This document shows, piece by piece, positions 45,048 through 54,174 of a DNA stretch of 64,000 nt. A program made the position numbers and the translations under genes. This stretch comes from a virus. The stretch spans positions 5,930-69,929 of IMG/VR virus record IMGVR_UViG_3300044713_000107; one strand, given 5' to 3'. The first letter of the stretch is position 1; each line of letters starts with the position of its first letter. The notes under the pieces are model-generated. The model did not search any database. It saw only the letters and a list, made by a program, of their open reading frames with translations, and was not told the origin of the DNA.

Positions 45048-45554
45048 TCACCGGGCCACCTGCTGGGTGGTGAAGTTCCGGTACGGCAACCCCGCAGCCT
45101 TGATGCGCCGCCAGCAGTCGTGCGTGCCCCGATTCCGCTGCTGCCCGCCGACCTCCGGAACGAGGAACACCAGCGCCAGCACACCACCCGGCACGGCCTG
45201 CGCGGTGACGTGCTCGACCATGCGCTGGTTACGGCGCGCACCCTCCGCCGGGCAGTACGTGCCGCCACCGCGCTGCGGACGCCGATGGTCTTTCGCGCAC
45301 TCGGCGGTGCAGTTGCCCGCCCAGTCCGCGCGGAAGATCCGCCAGTTGACGCCACGCGCCTGCCGCCGTTCAGCCCACTCCTGCGCCAGCAGGTCCGCGC
45401 CGCGCGCGCCGCCGTGGACGACGACGAGGTCGTTGAAGCCGCGGCCCATCGCTTCCGTCCACGCGTGGTCGAGAGCGTTCCGGAGCAGGCGGTGGTCGTT
45501 GAACTGGCGGCTGCCGGTGACGAGCAGCAGCGCCGGCTGCTCGCGGGCCGTCAC
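45048..45554 (-). CDS. DUF2493/YspA-like SLOG-family protein
   Basis: LLVTGSR, VVVHGGARGAD, ADW, RRNQRM, GTHDC. Confidence 0.85.
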   Translation of the reverse strand: MTAREQPALLLVTGSRQFNDHRLLRNALDHAWTEAMGRGFNDLVVVHGGARGADLLAQEWAERRQARGVNWRIFRADWAGNCTAECAKDHRRPQRGGGTYCPAEGARRNQRMVEHVTAQAVPGGVLALVFLVPEVGGQQRNRGTHDCWRRIKAAGLPYRNFTTQQVAR

Positions 45555-45841
45555 GCTGCCGCCTCCGGCTCGTCGTTGCGGCCGAAGCGGTAGTCCGTGC
45601 CGGGCTTCTGCCAGCACACGCCCCACGGCTGCTCGACGGGTACGAGCTTTGCCTTGCTCGGGTGGACGCAGTGCCGGTCGATGCCGGGCTTGCCGCGGCG
45701 GTGCATCTCGGCGGCCGAGTCGGAGTTGAACGTCTCGTGGCAGACGGGGCAGTGGGCGCGGCGGAGTCCGGTCCAGGTTTTGCCGCACTCGCCGTGGGTG
45801 ATCGCGCCCCGAAGCGTCACGGGAGTCTCGGTGTTGTTCAT
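45551..45841 (-). CDS. Phage FDXHR-like zinc-binding protein
   Basis: CGKTWTGLRRAHCPVCHETFNS...MHR...C. Confidence 0.75.
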   Translation of the reverse strand: MNNTETPVTLRGAITHGECGKTWTGLRRAHCPVCHETFNSDSAAEMHRRGKPGIDRHCVHPSKAKLVPVEQPWGVCWQKPGTDYRFGRNDEPEAAA

Positions 45842-45935
45842 AAGTGCCTCGATTCGCTGTCGTAGTCGTGCTCAGATCGATCGGGGGGCCTCCGCTGTAG
45901 CGGCGGAGGAACGGGGGTCTCGTGCGTGGCGCTGG

Positions 45936-46178
45936 CTACGACTGCGAGGGCGGCGTCTTCGGCAGGACGCCGGTCCTCGCCGACGGCCGCCTGGGGCGCT
46001 TCCTGCCACCAGGCGGAGGCGGCGGCGGATCAACCGGACGCGCCTCAGCCGCCGCCATCGCCGCCAACTTCGCGATCCGCCCCAACAGCAACGGCGTGAC
46101 CGGCCAACGCTCCTGCTCCGCGTGCTGCATGAGGCGGCGTCGGATCCGCCACTCGACGGCGGAGATCGTCACGGACAT
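45936..46178 (-). CDS. Possible small hypothetical protein
   Basis: RBS GGAGGA. Confidence 0.45.
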   Translation of the reverse strand: MSVTISAVEWRIRRRLMQHAEQERWPVTPLLLGRIAKLAAMAAAEARPVDPPPPPPGGRKRPRRPSARTGVLPKTPPSQS

Positions 46179-46275
46179 GCGGTCCTCCTGGGGGTGCGGC
46201 GGCGTTCCTGTGGGCGGCGAATGAGACGGGGTGTCAACAAGCGGCTGGCTGCGGATCGGCCCGGCTGGCGGCTGG

Positions 46276-46893
46276 TCAGCTGGCTTCCGGTCGCGCGGCG
46301 TAGGCCTCTTTCCGCGACGGGTGTGTGTCCTGCAGGACCCGATGCCGGGTGGGCGTGCGGCACGGGTTGCCTGCGTAGGCCCGGCAGTAGGGGCAGTCGA
46401 CGGCGATGTCCGGGTGTGCGAGCTTCATCGCACCCCAGCCGGTCAGGGATTCAGCGAGCTGCAACCGGATGTGGTCCGGCATGTACTGGCGCTTCTCGGG
46501 CTTGATGACGTTGCGTTCGATGCCTGCGGTGAGTTCTTTGACGTCGTAGACCGGGGCTCGGCCTGTGACGACGGCGCTGCGCTCGGCGTGCAGCTGGCGT
46601 CGGTAGTCCTTCTCGTCGTCGGGGTCGGCACGCGGTGGTGTCTCGACGTGGCGTTCGAGGCGGCGCCTCGTCTCGGCTTTCCACTTCGCGGCTATGTCCG
46701 CGGGCAGGACGGGGAACGGCGAGGTGGCGTAGTGCTGGCCGACGGCGTCGAGGGCGAACTGCAGCGGGACGTCCTTGAGGACGGTGGCCCACATGGCGAC
46801 TTGGCCGCGTTGCTCGGCGGGGTCTTCACGGAGGACGCGGGGGTCGGCGTAGCTGATCTGCTTGAGGAGTTCGGGGACGTCTTGGAGGTTCAT
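46276..46893 (-). CDS. Helicase-loader-like protein with C-terminal zinc finger
   Basis: VAMWATVL..V....AL.AV..HY......VLPADI; CPYCRA..G.PC...H..R; follows rep. Confidence 0.7.
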   Translation of the reverse strand: MNLQDVPELLKQISYADPRVLREDPAEQRGQVAMWATVLKDVPLQFALDAVGQHYATSPFPVLPADIAAKWKAETRRRLERHVETPPRADPDDEKDYRRQLHAERSAVVTGRAPVYDVKELTAGIERNVIKPEKRQYMPDHIRLQLAESLTGWGAMKLAHPDIAVDCPYCRAYAGNPCRTPTRHRVLQDTHPSRKEAYAARPEAS

Positions 46894-47765
46894 GCGGTTT
46901 CCCCGCTTTCGATGGCTTGGGCGGCGATTTCGGCGGCGATGGCGTCGTAGCCGGAGCGGGCGGCGTTGCGGGCGGCGGCCTTGGGGTCGGCGGCGTGGAT
47001 GGGCACGACTGCGGCGCCGGGCTGTGGGGGCGCGGGCCTGCGGGTGCGGTGCCAGGTGTCGTAGAAGAGCCGGCTGCTGACGGCGGGGCCTTTGAGGGTC
47101 TGCATGACGCTGATGGCGAGGCTGACCATGAGCGGGACGCCGAGGCGTTTGATGTCGTTGTGGAGCCGGAACGCGTCGTCGCCTTTGAAGCTCCAGGGCA
47201 CGTTGATGCCTGCGGCGCTGATGGCGTCGGCGAGTTCGATGCACCAGATGGGGAAGTCGTCGTCGGGGTCGCGGCGGGCGATCTCGCGGGAGGTCGCGGG
47301 CGCGCGCGTTGATGATTGGTTCCCTGACGGTTCCTCTGATGGTTCTAGTGATGATTCGGGTGAACTTTGGACGGGGTTTCGTGTCGCAAAGTTCGGGGTT
47401 TCGTGCTCAAAGTTCGGGGTTTCTGTCGCAGAGTTCGGGGTTTCTCGCTCCGTTACCCCGTCAGATGTGCGGGGTTTCTGGGCGGATACCCCGTCGATCT
47501 GACGGGGTTTCGGGATGATCTGATACCGGTTCCGGCGGTGTCGGCCGCCGCCGAGACCCACCGCCAGTTCGCCGATTTCGATCAGGTTGGCGATGCCCTT
47601 CTGGACCGCGCGCGGGGACAACAGCGTCCGGTTGGCGATGTCCTCGATGGACGGCCACGCGAACCCGTTCTCGTCGGCCCGGTCCGCGATGGCGAGCATG
47701 ACGAGTCGGGCTCCGTTACGGGACTGGGAGTTCTCCCAGACCCAGTTCGTGACCTTGATGCTCAC
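46890..47765 (-). CDS. Replication initiator B (HTH_36-like)
   Basis: ARLVMLAIADRADENGFAWPSIEDIANRT...NRYQI; internal iterons. Confidence 0.85.
   Translation of the reverse strand: MSIKVTNWVWENSQSRNGARLVMLAIADRADENGFAWPSIEDIANRTLLSPRAVQKGIANLIEIGELAVGLGGGRHRRNRYQIIPKPRQIDGVSAQKPRTSDGVTERETPNSATETPNFEHETPNFATRNPVQSSPESSLEPSEEPSGNQSSTRAPATSREIARRDPDDDFPIWCIELADAISAAGINVPWSFKGDDAFRLHNDIKRLGVPLMVSLAISVMQTLKGPAVSSRLFYDTWHRTRRPAPPQPGAAVVPIHAADPKAAARNAARSGYDAIAAEIAAQAIESGETA
47372..47511. repeat. Direct-repeat iterons, putative origin B
   Basis: CGGGGTTTC at 47372, 47394, 47415, 47436, 47470, 47503; first four spaced 21-22 bp. Confidence 0.85.
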
Positions 47766-47838
47766 GTAGGTCTTCTCTCGGAAGTGAGCGGACGGATGGA
47801 GGATGCGGGGCGGCCGGCGGACCGCCCCGCGGGTGGGG

Positions 47839-48681
47839 CTACTTGGGCTCGGGGAACGGCTCGGGCTTCGCGCCACCGGCGCGCCAGACGAGGATCTGGA
47901 CGGTCTTGCCTTCGCGGAAGAGGTTCCAGGCCTTGATGACGAGGGCGTTTACGTGCGTCTCGTCGGGGCGTCCTTGCTGGTTGGCGAGGTTGGCCAGGGC
48001 GCGGCGCAGGGCGTAGATGGGGTCTTCGCCGTCGAGGCCGACGCCGTCGCCGAGACGCGCGAAGAAGTACGCGCAGTCGCTCTTGTCGATGCTGTTGAAC
48101 AGCCAGTGGCACAGCGCGGCGGTGCTGCCGTTGAGGGCGATCACGGAGCGGACGCGCTCGGCGATTTCGGCGGACCGGCGCAGCTCGGGGTGCTCGTTGA
48201 GGATTTCGAGGAGCTGCCGGTTGGTGACGGTGGCGTTGCCGCCCCGCTTGAGGTTCTTTCGGTAGCCCTGCTTCCACTTCGCGACGCGCAGGAGCGCGGC
48301 GGCGAGGATGACGACGTGGGCCTCGCCGCGGAGCTTGAGGACGTCGGCCATGGTGCGCTTGGCGCCGGTGTCCATGGTGTCCTGGGTGTGGTTCGGCAGG
48401 TCCCGGACGACGAGGAGGCGGATCGTGACGCCGGACTGCACGATCGCGGCGAGGCGGTGCTGGCCGTCGAGGAGGGTGCCGTCGGCGGCGAACTTGATGG
48501 ACTGCCCGTCTTCGAGCCACGCGCCGGAGGCCATGTCGGTGGCGTAGCCGTTGACGACGCGCTCGCGGAGGTTGCGGTTGTGGGTGTTGCGCTGGAGCCA
48601 TTCCTTGGCCATGGCGGGCGTGATCGCGGTGACTTCGTAGGTCGGGCCGTTGTCGAGGGTTCCCTGTACGGTGGTGCTCAT
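47839..48681 (-). CDS. ParB/Srx-like DGQHR-domain protein
   Basis: ITPAMA...NTHNR...LLDGQHRLAAI. Confidence 0.8.
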   Translation of the reverse strand: MSTTVQGTLDNGPTYEVTAITPAMAKEWLQRNTHNRNLRERVVNGYATDMASGAWLEDGQSIKFAADGTLLDGQHRLAAIVQSGVTIRLLVVRDLPNHTQDTMDTGAKRTMADVLKLRGEAHVVILAAALLRVAKWKQGYRKNLKRGGNATVTNRQLLEILNEHPELRRSAEIAERVRSVIALNGSTAALCHWLFNSIDKSDCAYFFARLGDGVGLDGEDPIYALRRALANLANQQGRPDETHVNALVIKAWNLFREGKTVQILVWRAGGAKPEPFPEPK

Positions 48682-48684
48682 CTC

Positions 48685-49488
48685 TTACTGCTCCTTATTG
48701 AGGGTGTCGGCGACGTCGCGCAGGGCGTCGCTGGTCTTGTGGAGGCTCGCCGCCCACCAGCGGCGGGCCTCCTCGTTTGTGGTGGTGCCGAGGTCCATGG
48801 CTTGGATCAGGGCGGTGGTGTTCTCCAGTGCCGTGATGAGGTCGGGCATCTGGTGGTGGGTCTGGTCCCGGTTGCGGTTGAACCGGTCGTCTTCGCGGAG
48901 TCGGCCGAGGCGCTCGCTGGTCTTGGCGAGGTCGAGGGCGGCTTCGGCGAATGCTTCGGGGAGCGGCCGGCGCTTCGGCTTCGACGGCTCTGCCACAGGC
49001 TCGGGGGGCCGGATGGTGACGGTCGGCGTGATGGTCTCGGTGCCCGCCATCTCGACCAGGTCTGCGGGCTCGTCGTCCATGACCCAGTCCGCGCCGGCGA
49101 AGAGTTCCGCCTCGGTTGCCGCGGCTGGCCGACTGGCGGTGTACGACTTGCCGTCGGCTCCCGTGATCGAGGTAGGTGACTCAATTTGAGTCACGTCCTT
49201 GAGGACGGTGTTGTAGGCCGCCCCTGTGGCGGAGGCGATTGCGCGGACGCTGAGGCCGCTCTCGCGGAGGCTGGCGACGACTTCCTGTCGCTCCTCGCGG
49301 GGCAGCCGGAGGCGCGCGGCGCCGAACTCGGCGTTGCAGTAGTCGTCCCAGTTGCTGTAGCCGAGGGCGGCCCAGGCGCGGCTGGTGTACGCCTCCTGGA
49401 TGAGGAGCCAGGTGCCTTCGACGGCGACCTTGATGCGGTCGGTGAGGGTCCGCGCCTGCTCCTTGTCGACGGTCACGATGTCGGTCAT
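48685..49488 (-). CDS. HTH-containing phage protein
   Basis: RAWAALGYSNWDDYC...GLSVRAIASATG. Confidence 0.75.
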   Translation of the reverse strand: MTDIVTVDKEQARTLTDRIKVAVEGTWLLIQEAYTSRAWAALGYSNWDDYCNAEFGAARLRLPREERQEVVASLRESGLSVRAIASATGAAYNTVLKDVTQIESPTSITGADGKSYTASRPAAATEAELFAGADWVMDDEPADLVEMAGTETITPTVTIRPPEPVAEPSKPKRRPLPEAFAEAALDLAKTSERLGRLREDDRFNRNRDQTHHQMPDLITALENTTALIQAMDLGTTTNEEARRWWAASLHKTSDALRDVADTLNKEQ

Positions 49489-49661
49489 GCGGGTGGTCCT
49501 CCCTTCTGGTTGTTGTCGGTCTTGAGGTGGTGGCCTGGGAGGTGATCCGGGCATCTGGGGCCTGCGGGGAACGGGCTTGCCTTCTTGCCGCACCGGCCGG
49601 TTGGCAGGCCCCAGTTGCAGCCCGCGTTGAGGCGGTCGGGTGGTACGCCCGGCGCGGTCAC
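49485..49661 (-). CDS. Small Cys-containing protein
   Basis: Overlaps at both ends; C..C..CPDH. Confidence 0.5.
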   Translation of the reverse strand: MTAPGVPPDRLNAGCNWGLPTGRCGKKASPFPAGPRCPDHLPGHHLKTDNNQKGGPPA

Positions 49662-49879
49662 GGACTGGCCCCTATGCGGCGTTCGCGGGCGGCGAGTCCG
49701 GCGCGGATGCCGTAGGCGGTGTTCTCGTCGGTGGCGCGCGCGTCGTCGAGGCAGGCCCACACGACGGGGCAGCGGTGGCAGATGTTCTTCGCGGCCCGCT
49801 GGTCCTCTTTGTCGTCGGAGAACCACAGTTCGGGGTCGACGCCCCGGCATACGGCCTGTTCGCGCCAGTCGTCGTTCAT
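49658..49879 (-). CDS. whiB: WhiB-family Fe-S regulator
   Basis: W...A.C...DPELWF...ICHRCPV...C...GIRAGL. Confidence 0.88.
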   Translation of the reverse strand: MNDDWREQAVCRGVDPELWFSDDKEDQRAAKNICHRCPVVWACLDDARATDENTAYGIRAGLAARERRIGASP

Positions 49880-50322
49880 GCGACGGCCTCCGCCTTGGCT
49901 TTGGCCCTGATGATGCGGCGGCGAATGTTGTGCGGCTCCTCGCCGAGGAGTTGGGCGATCTGCACGTAGTTGAGGCCGCGCCGGTGGAGGTCGAGGGCCT
50001 GCGTGAGCTGGTCTTCGGGGAGGACGAGGGGGGTCCACTGGTTGCGGGCGTTGGCGCGGATGCTGCCGCTCGCGGTGCCCGGGTTGGTGGGGCGCCCGTT
50101 CTCGTCCCAGGTGATGTAGGCGAGGGTGTCGTTGATGTCGGCGTCGGGGTTGACGAGGCCGGCGAGGACCACGATCAGGGCGGGGATCTCGACGTCGTCG
50201 AGCTGGCCGAGGACGTAGCGGATGTCCTGCTCGTTGCCGTCGCCGTGGACGATGCAGGCGAGTTGCGCGGCAACGGGGAGCATGCGTTCGGCGAGGTCGC
50301 CGCGCTGTTCGGCGGTCAGCAT
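49876..50322 (-). CDS. Hypothetical protein with C-terminal HTH
   Basis: GLNYVQIAQLLG. Confidence 0.7.
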   Translation of the reverse strand: MLTAEQRGDLAERMLPVAAQLACIVHGDGNEQDIRYVLGQLDDVEIPALIVVLAGLVNPDADINDTLAYITWDENGRPTNPGTASGSIRANARNQWTPLVLPEDQLTQALDLHRRGLNYVQIAQLLGEEPHNIRRRIIRAKAKAEAVA

Positions 50323-50840
50323 CACGCCACCGCCTTGGCGAGCTGGGGCCACTTCATCTTGTCGAGGGATGCGCGCTGGGCGGCGGGGAGCTCGAACTCG
50401 GCGTGCCCGAGCCAGTCGAGGCCGGCCCAGCGGAGCCAGGCGGCGTCGCACTGGTTGTCGTCGCCGAACTCGCGGTTGGCCCGCTTGAGTGCGGCGATGG
50501 CCATGGGGGTCTTGTCTCCGTTGCCCTTGCCGGTGGCGTACTTCTTCAACGTGGCGGGGACGACGAGCGCGTAGGGGATTCCGGCTTCAAGGAGGGCGGC
50601 GCGGGCGACGCCGTGGACCATCCCGGTGATCCCGGCGGACTTGGCGTGTACGGGGAGGTCTTCGACGACGGCGAGGTCTGCGCCGGGCGCGAGGGCGTTG
50701 GCGAGGGTGTGGGCGATGTGGAGGAGTCGGGCGTCGCCATCCTTGGCATTGGTTTTGATGGTGTGCGTCGTGCCGTCGGGGAGGCAGATCCCGGTGGCGG
50801 TGAGGCTGAGGTCGAGGCCGATGACGCGGGGCGTGTTCAT
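50322..50840 (-). CDS. RuvC-like Holliday junction resolvase
   Basis: VIGLDLSLTATG, VVEDL, KKYATGKGN, DDNQCDA. Confidence 0.88.
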   Translation of the reverse strand: MNTPRVIGLDLSLTATGICLPDGTTHTIKTNAKDGDARLLHIAHTLANALAPGADLAVVEDLPVHAKSAGITGMVHGVARAALLEAGIPYALVVPATLKKYATGKGNGDKTPMAIAALKRANREFGDDNQCDAAWLRWAGLDWLGHAEFELPAAQRASLDKMKWPQLAKAVA

Positions 50841-51154
50841 GCCGCCCTCCGGTATGAGCGCCGGCTGCGGCCGACGCCGACGTGGTTGGCGCGCTCTTCG
50901 GGGGTGAGGCCGCCTCGGATGCCGTTGCGACTCTCCGCCTTGGTGCGCTTCTCCTCGTCAAGGGCGTCGTCGAGGCAGAACTGTCGGACCGGGCAGGTGG
51001 CGCAGATGCTCTTGGCCTCTTCGACCTTCGGCAGACAGGCGGGGTCGACGTAGCTGATCGGGAAGAACAGCTCGGCGTCATCGGGGCCGCAGGCAGCGCG
51101 GACCTGCCAGTTGGTGTTGTCGGTCTCACGGATTCGGATGCGTGCGGTGCGCAT
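50837..51154 (-). CDS. whiB: WhiB-family Fe-S regulator
   Basis: W...AAC...DAELFF...ICATCPV...C...GIRGGLTPEER. Confidence 0.88.
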   Translation of the reverse strand: MRTARIRIRETDNTNWQVRAACGPDDAELFFPISYVDPACLPKVEEAKSICATCPVRQFCLDDALDEEKRTKAESRNGIRGGLTPEERANHVGVGRSRRSYRRAA

Positions 51155-51228
51155 GGTGTCCTCCTTTCTGGAGGCGTGGGAGGGTTGGGGTGCCAGCCCG
51201 CTCAATGGCCCTGAGCGGGCTGGCGTGT

Positions 51229-51414
51229 TCAGTCGTCGTGGTCGAGGCCGAGGACTGCGAGGAGTTCGCGGAGTTCGGCGGCTGGCTGGCTGGTGGTGAG
51301 GGCGTGGGCGGCGAGCTTGAGCTGGGCGCGGCGCCGCTCTTTGCTGGTGTTGTGGGCGGCTCCGGCGAGTAGTGCGCCTTTGCCGTCGCCGCTGATTTCG
51401 TCGATGGCGCCCAT
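51229..51414 (-). CDS. Small hypothetical protein
   Basis: TGATG overlap. Confidence 0.55.
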   Translation of the reverse strand: MGAIDEISGDGKGALLAGAAHNTSKERRRAQLKLAAHALTTSQPAAELRELLAVLGLDHDD

Positions 51415-51626
51415 CAGCTGGACCGCTGCCCGGGGATACGGCCGTCGTTGATGGACTCGCGGACGAGTTCGAGCTTCTGGGTGGCCTTGGTGATCTCGTC
51501 GAGGTGGCGCTGGCGGCGGCGCTCGGCGATGTCGTCGATGTAGGCCCAGGCTCCGGCGAGGAAGAACAGGGCCCCGCAGATCATGAAGATCGCGAAGGGG
51601 TAGCCGTACGGGTGCGTGATGGTCAC
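51414..51626 (-). CDS. Small membrane protein
   Basis: One TM helix; RBS GGA before GTG 51626. Confidence 0.55.
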   Translation of the reverse strand: MTITHPYGYPFAIFMICGALFFLAGAWAYIDDIAERRRQRHLDEITKATQKLELVRESINDGRIPGQRSS

Positions 51627-51661
51627 GGCGGTGGTTCCGTTCAGTCGGTGCTGGTGGTGGG

Positions 51662-52033
51662 CTAGCGCTGGCCGCGGGTGAGGATCTGCTCGGCCGTCGA
51701 CCAGGGGCCGCACGGCCACGCGATGAGCGCGCCGGTCAGGGAGCAGGCCTCGCACAGTGCGCCGGGCTGCGTGGGGTCGGCGTGCGGCCGCGGCCGGTGG
51801 CTGTCGCGGAGCTGGGTGAGGTCTTCGCGCATCCGCTTGATCTCGGCGCACGCGTTGGAGCCCTGGAACACCGCCTGCTGGACGGCTTCCATGAACTGGC
51901 GGGCCTCGTCCGGGGTGGGCGGGGCGGCGTTGGGTCCGCGGAAGCTGAAGGTGACCATGGTGACGAGCGCGGTACCGATGGCCTTGTGGGCGGTGTCGAG
52001 GTCGAACGGCGGCAGGTCGGTGGGCGTGTTCAC
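51662..52033 (-). CDS. Hypothetical protein with zinc-finger tail
   Basis: LCEAC...WPC. Confidence 0.6.
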   Translation of the reverse strand: MNTPTDLPPFDLDTAHKAIGTALVTMVTFSFRGPNAAPPTPDEARQFMEAVQQAVFQGSNACAEIKRMREDLTQLRDSHRPRPHADPTQPGALCEACSLTGALIAWPCGPWSTAEQILTRGQR

Positions 52034-52626
52034 GGGGTGGCTCCTTCGGGCTGGAGGGTGGCGTGGACTTTGGTGACGGCGGCGAGTCCGGCGGTCATGG
52101 AGATCTCGCTCGGGCCGGCTCCGGGTAGCGCGCCGGGCGCGGTGGCCCACGCTTCGAGGGCCGCTTGGTCGCCGGTCTTGGTGCCCCAGGTGAGCGGCGG
52201 CAGGGAGTCCACGGCTGCGGGGAGGACGGGCATCGTGGGCGGGATGGCGACGATGGGGATGACGGCGGTGTCGCCTTCGCCTATCGCGTCGCGGAGTTCG
52301 GAGACGTCGACCGCCTGGGTGTCCGCGTTCGACGCGGGGGTGTCGCGGCAGCCCGGCTCGATCGGCGCCGGAACCGGCTCCGTACCGGGAACACCCGCGT
52401 CTGCGCCGAGGAGATGCTGCAGGTGCTGGACTTCGGCCCGGGAACGCCGGAGCAGGTTGAGGTGGTAGTTGGAGCGGCGGCGGGCCTCGTCACGCTCCTC
52501 CCGCATGGTGGCGAGCTCGTCGCGAAGCCGGTCAACGAGACCAGCCTCCGTGTGACGGCCCAGCCGGGGCGCATCCTCGGCAGGAGCGGCCTTCGCAGCG
52601 AAGCTGATGCGGTCCAGAAGTCTCAT
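52030..52626 (-). CDS. Hypothetical coiled-coil/Pro-rich protein
   Basis: ATGA overlaps. Confidence 0.55.
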   Translation of the reverse strand: MRLLDRISFAAKAAPAEDAPRLGRHTEAGLVDRLRDELATMREERDEARRRSNYHLNLLRRSRAEVQHLQHLLGADAGVPGTEPVPAPIEPGCRDTPASNADTQAVDVSELRDAIGEGDTAVIPIVAIPPTMPVLPAAVDSLPPLTWGTKTGDQAALEAWATAPGALPGAGPSEISMTAGLAAVTKVHATLQPEGATP

Positions 52627-53036
52627 GCCGCAACCTCCTCGGCGGTGTTGGTGGTGATGGGCTCAAGCCATTCGTCGATCTGCTCGCCCAGCTCGGCGGC
52701 CTGCGCCTGCTCCTTGGCGTGGCGGGTCTGCCACTCCTGGTGGTCGGCGGCGTGCTGGTCGACGAGGGCGGGGATCTGCCGGAGCGCGTCCTGGAGGTCC
52801 AGGCCGTACATGGGGTGGCCGGACGCGATGGCGTCGACGGGGGTGATCCAGTCGCTGCCGTTCCAGATGGAGCGGTCGTCGACGCCGTGCCGGAAGACAC
52901 CCCAGCGGCCGGAGCCGATGAGGTCGGTCTGGACGGCGATGAGCTGCGACGGCGCGTCGGGGACGGTCCACACGAACCCGGTCGCGTGCTGCATGGCGGT
53001 GAGCAACTGGTCCTTCGTCAGCGGGCGAACGCTCAT
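52623..53036 (-). CDS. Hypothetical protein
   Basis: ATGA overlaps. Confidence 0.55.
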   Translation of the reverse strand: MSVRPLTKDQLLTAMQHATGFVWTVPDAPSQLIAVQTDLIGSGRWGVFRHGVDDRSIWNGSDWITPVDAIASGHPMYGLDLQDALRQIPALVDQHAADHQEWQTRHAKEQAQAAELGEQIDEWLEPITTNTAEEVAA

Positions 53037-53332
53037 CGGGCACCTGCCTGGCGACGCAGGCGGCCGAGCTCGGCGCGGGCCTGGGACTGCTTCCGCTCCA
53101 CGTCTCGCTTCCACGGCAGGGACACCGCCACGGCCGGGATCTTCAGCATCTGGGTGTACCGCTGCAGATCGTTGAAAGCGTCGGCAGCGGTGCGCTCGCG
53201 GATCGGCTCGCTGGCCAGCTCGGCGCGGAGCGCGGCGTTGCGGATCTCCCGGTCCGCGATCTGCTGGAACAGGACCCGCTGCCACGGACTCAGGGTGCTG
53301 GTGGGGCGGACGTGCGACGTGTCGACCGACAC
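53033..53332 (-). CDS. Hypothetical protein
   Basis: GGAGG before GTG 53332. Confidence 0.5.
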   Translation of the reverse strand: MSVDTSHVRPTSTLSPWQRVLFQQIADREIRNAALRAELASEPIRERTAADAFNDLQRYTQMLKIPAVAVSLPWKRDVERKQSQARAELGRLRRQAGAR

Positions 53333-53358
53333 GAGAACCTCCAGGAAGGAGAGGGTGG

Positions 53359-53484
53359 TTACTGCTGCTCGGGGCCCGGTTCGGGCTTCTTCCGGCGCGT
53401 GTGGGGCAGCTGCGAGGCCGCGATCAGCGACAGGGCGAAGACGCCCAGGAACGCCACGACAACGGAGGTCCAATCGACGCCCAT
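53359..53484 (-). CDS. Small membrane peptide
   Basis: TGATG overlap; one TM helix. Confidence 0.5.
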   Translation of the reverse strand: MGVDWTSVVVAFLGVFALSLIAASQLPHTRRKKPEPGPEQQ

Positions 53485-54074
53485 CAGGCACCGCCGGTGA
53501 CGGCGTCGTAGAGGTCGCGGGCCCAGCGGCAGTCGCCGAGCGCGGTGTGAGCGACATCGCCGGACGGGCGCGGCACACCGACCGCCTCGGAGATCTCCCA
53601 CGACCGCCACGGACGACCCAGCGCCGCGGTCTCGCCGTGCGCGTACAGCCAGCCGGCTGCCATCGCGACGACGTCGTCAGGCCGGTAGTGCCACGGGATG
53701 CGCCTGCCGTGGTCCTGCAGCAGCGCGGTCAGGAACCGGTCGTCGAACGCCGGGTTCGACCCGATCAGAACCCCGCCGCTGAGAGTGTCCTGGAGGTCGT
53801 AGAGGAACTCCGGGAGCGTGAGCCGGAAGGTGGGCTTGCCGTCAACGATGCAGGCGGCGTCCCAGCCGTCTGGGACGACGAACCGCTCGTGGTAGCGGCC
53901 GATCTCCAACGCCTTCGGCTCGGCTTCGGTCAGGTCGGGGCGGACCTGCCACACCGTCTCGACGTCCTTCGCGTCGGGCTCGCGGAGGATGACCGCGATC
54001 TCCCACACGTGGTGACGTCGCACATCGAGGCCCGTGGTCTCCGTGTCGACGAAGATCAGGTTCTGGTCAGCCAC
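53484..54074 (-). CDS. DEDDh 3'-5' exonuclease
   Basis: FVDTETTGL, GSNPAFD, HTALGD. Confidence 0.9.
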   Translation of the reverse strand: MADQNLIFVDTETTGLDVRRHHVWEIAVILREPDAKDVETVWQVRPDLTEAEPKALEIGRYHERFVVPDGWDAACIVDGKPTFRLTLPEFLYDLQDTLSGGVLIGSNPAFDDRFLTALLQDHGRRIPWHYRPDDVVAMAAGWLYAHGETAALGRPWRSWEISEAVGVPRPSGDVAHTALGDCRWARDLYDAVTGGA

Positions 54075-54174
54075 GACGACCACCACCCCGACGCCCGGTC
54101 AGCCACGCGTCGACACCCAGGAGCAGCAGCGCCGCAATCGCGACCGCCCACACACCCCACATCGGCCCAGTCAC
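54067..54174 (-). CDS. 35-aa membrane peptide
   Basis: Manual translation VTGPMWGVWAVAIAALLLLGVDAWLTGRR; overlaps both neighbours. Confidence 0.5.
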   Translation of the reverse strand: MTGPMWGVWAVAIAALLLLGVDAWLTGRRGGGRRG

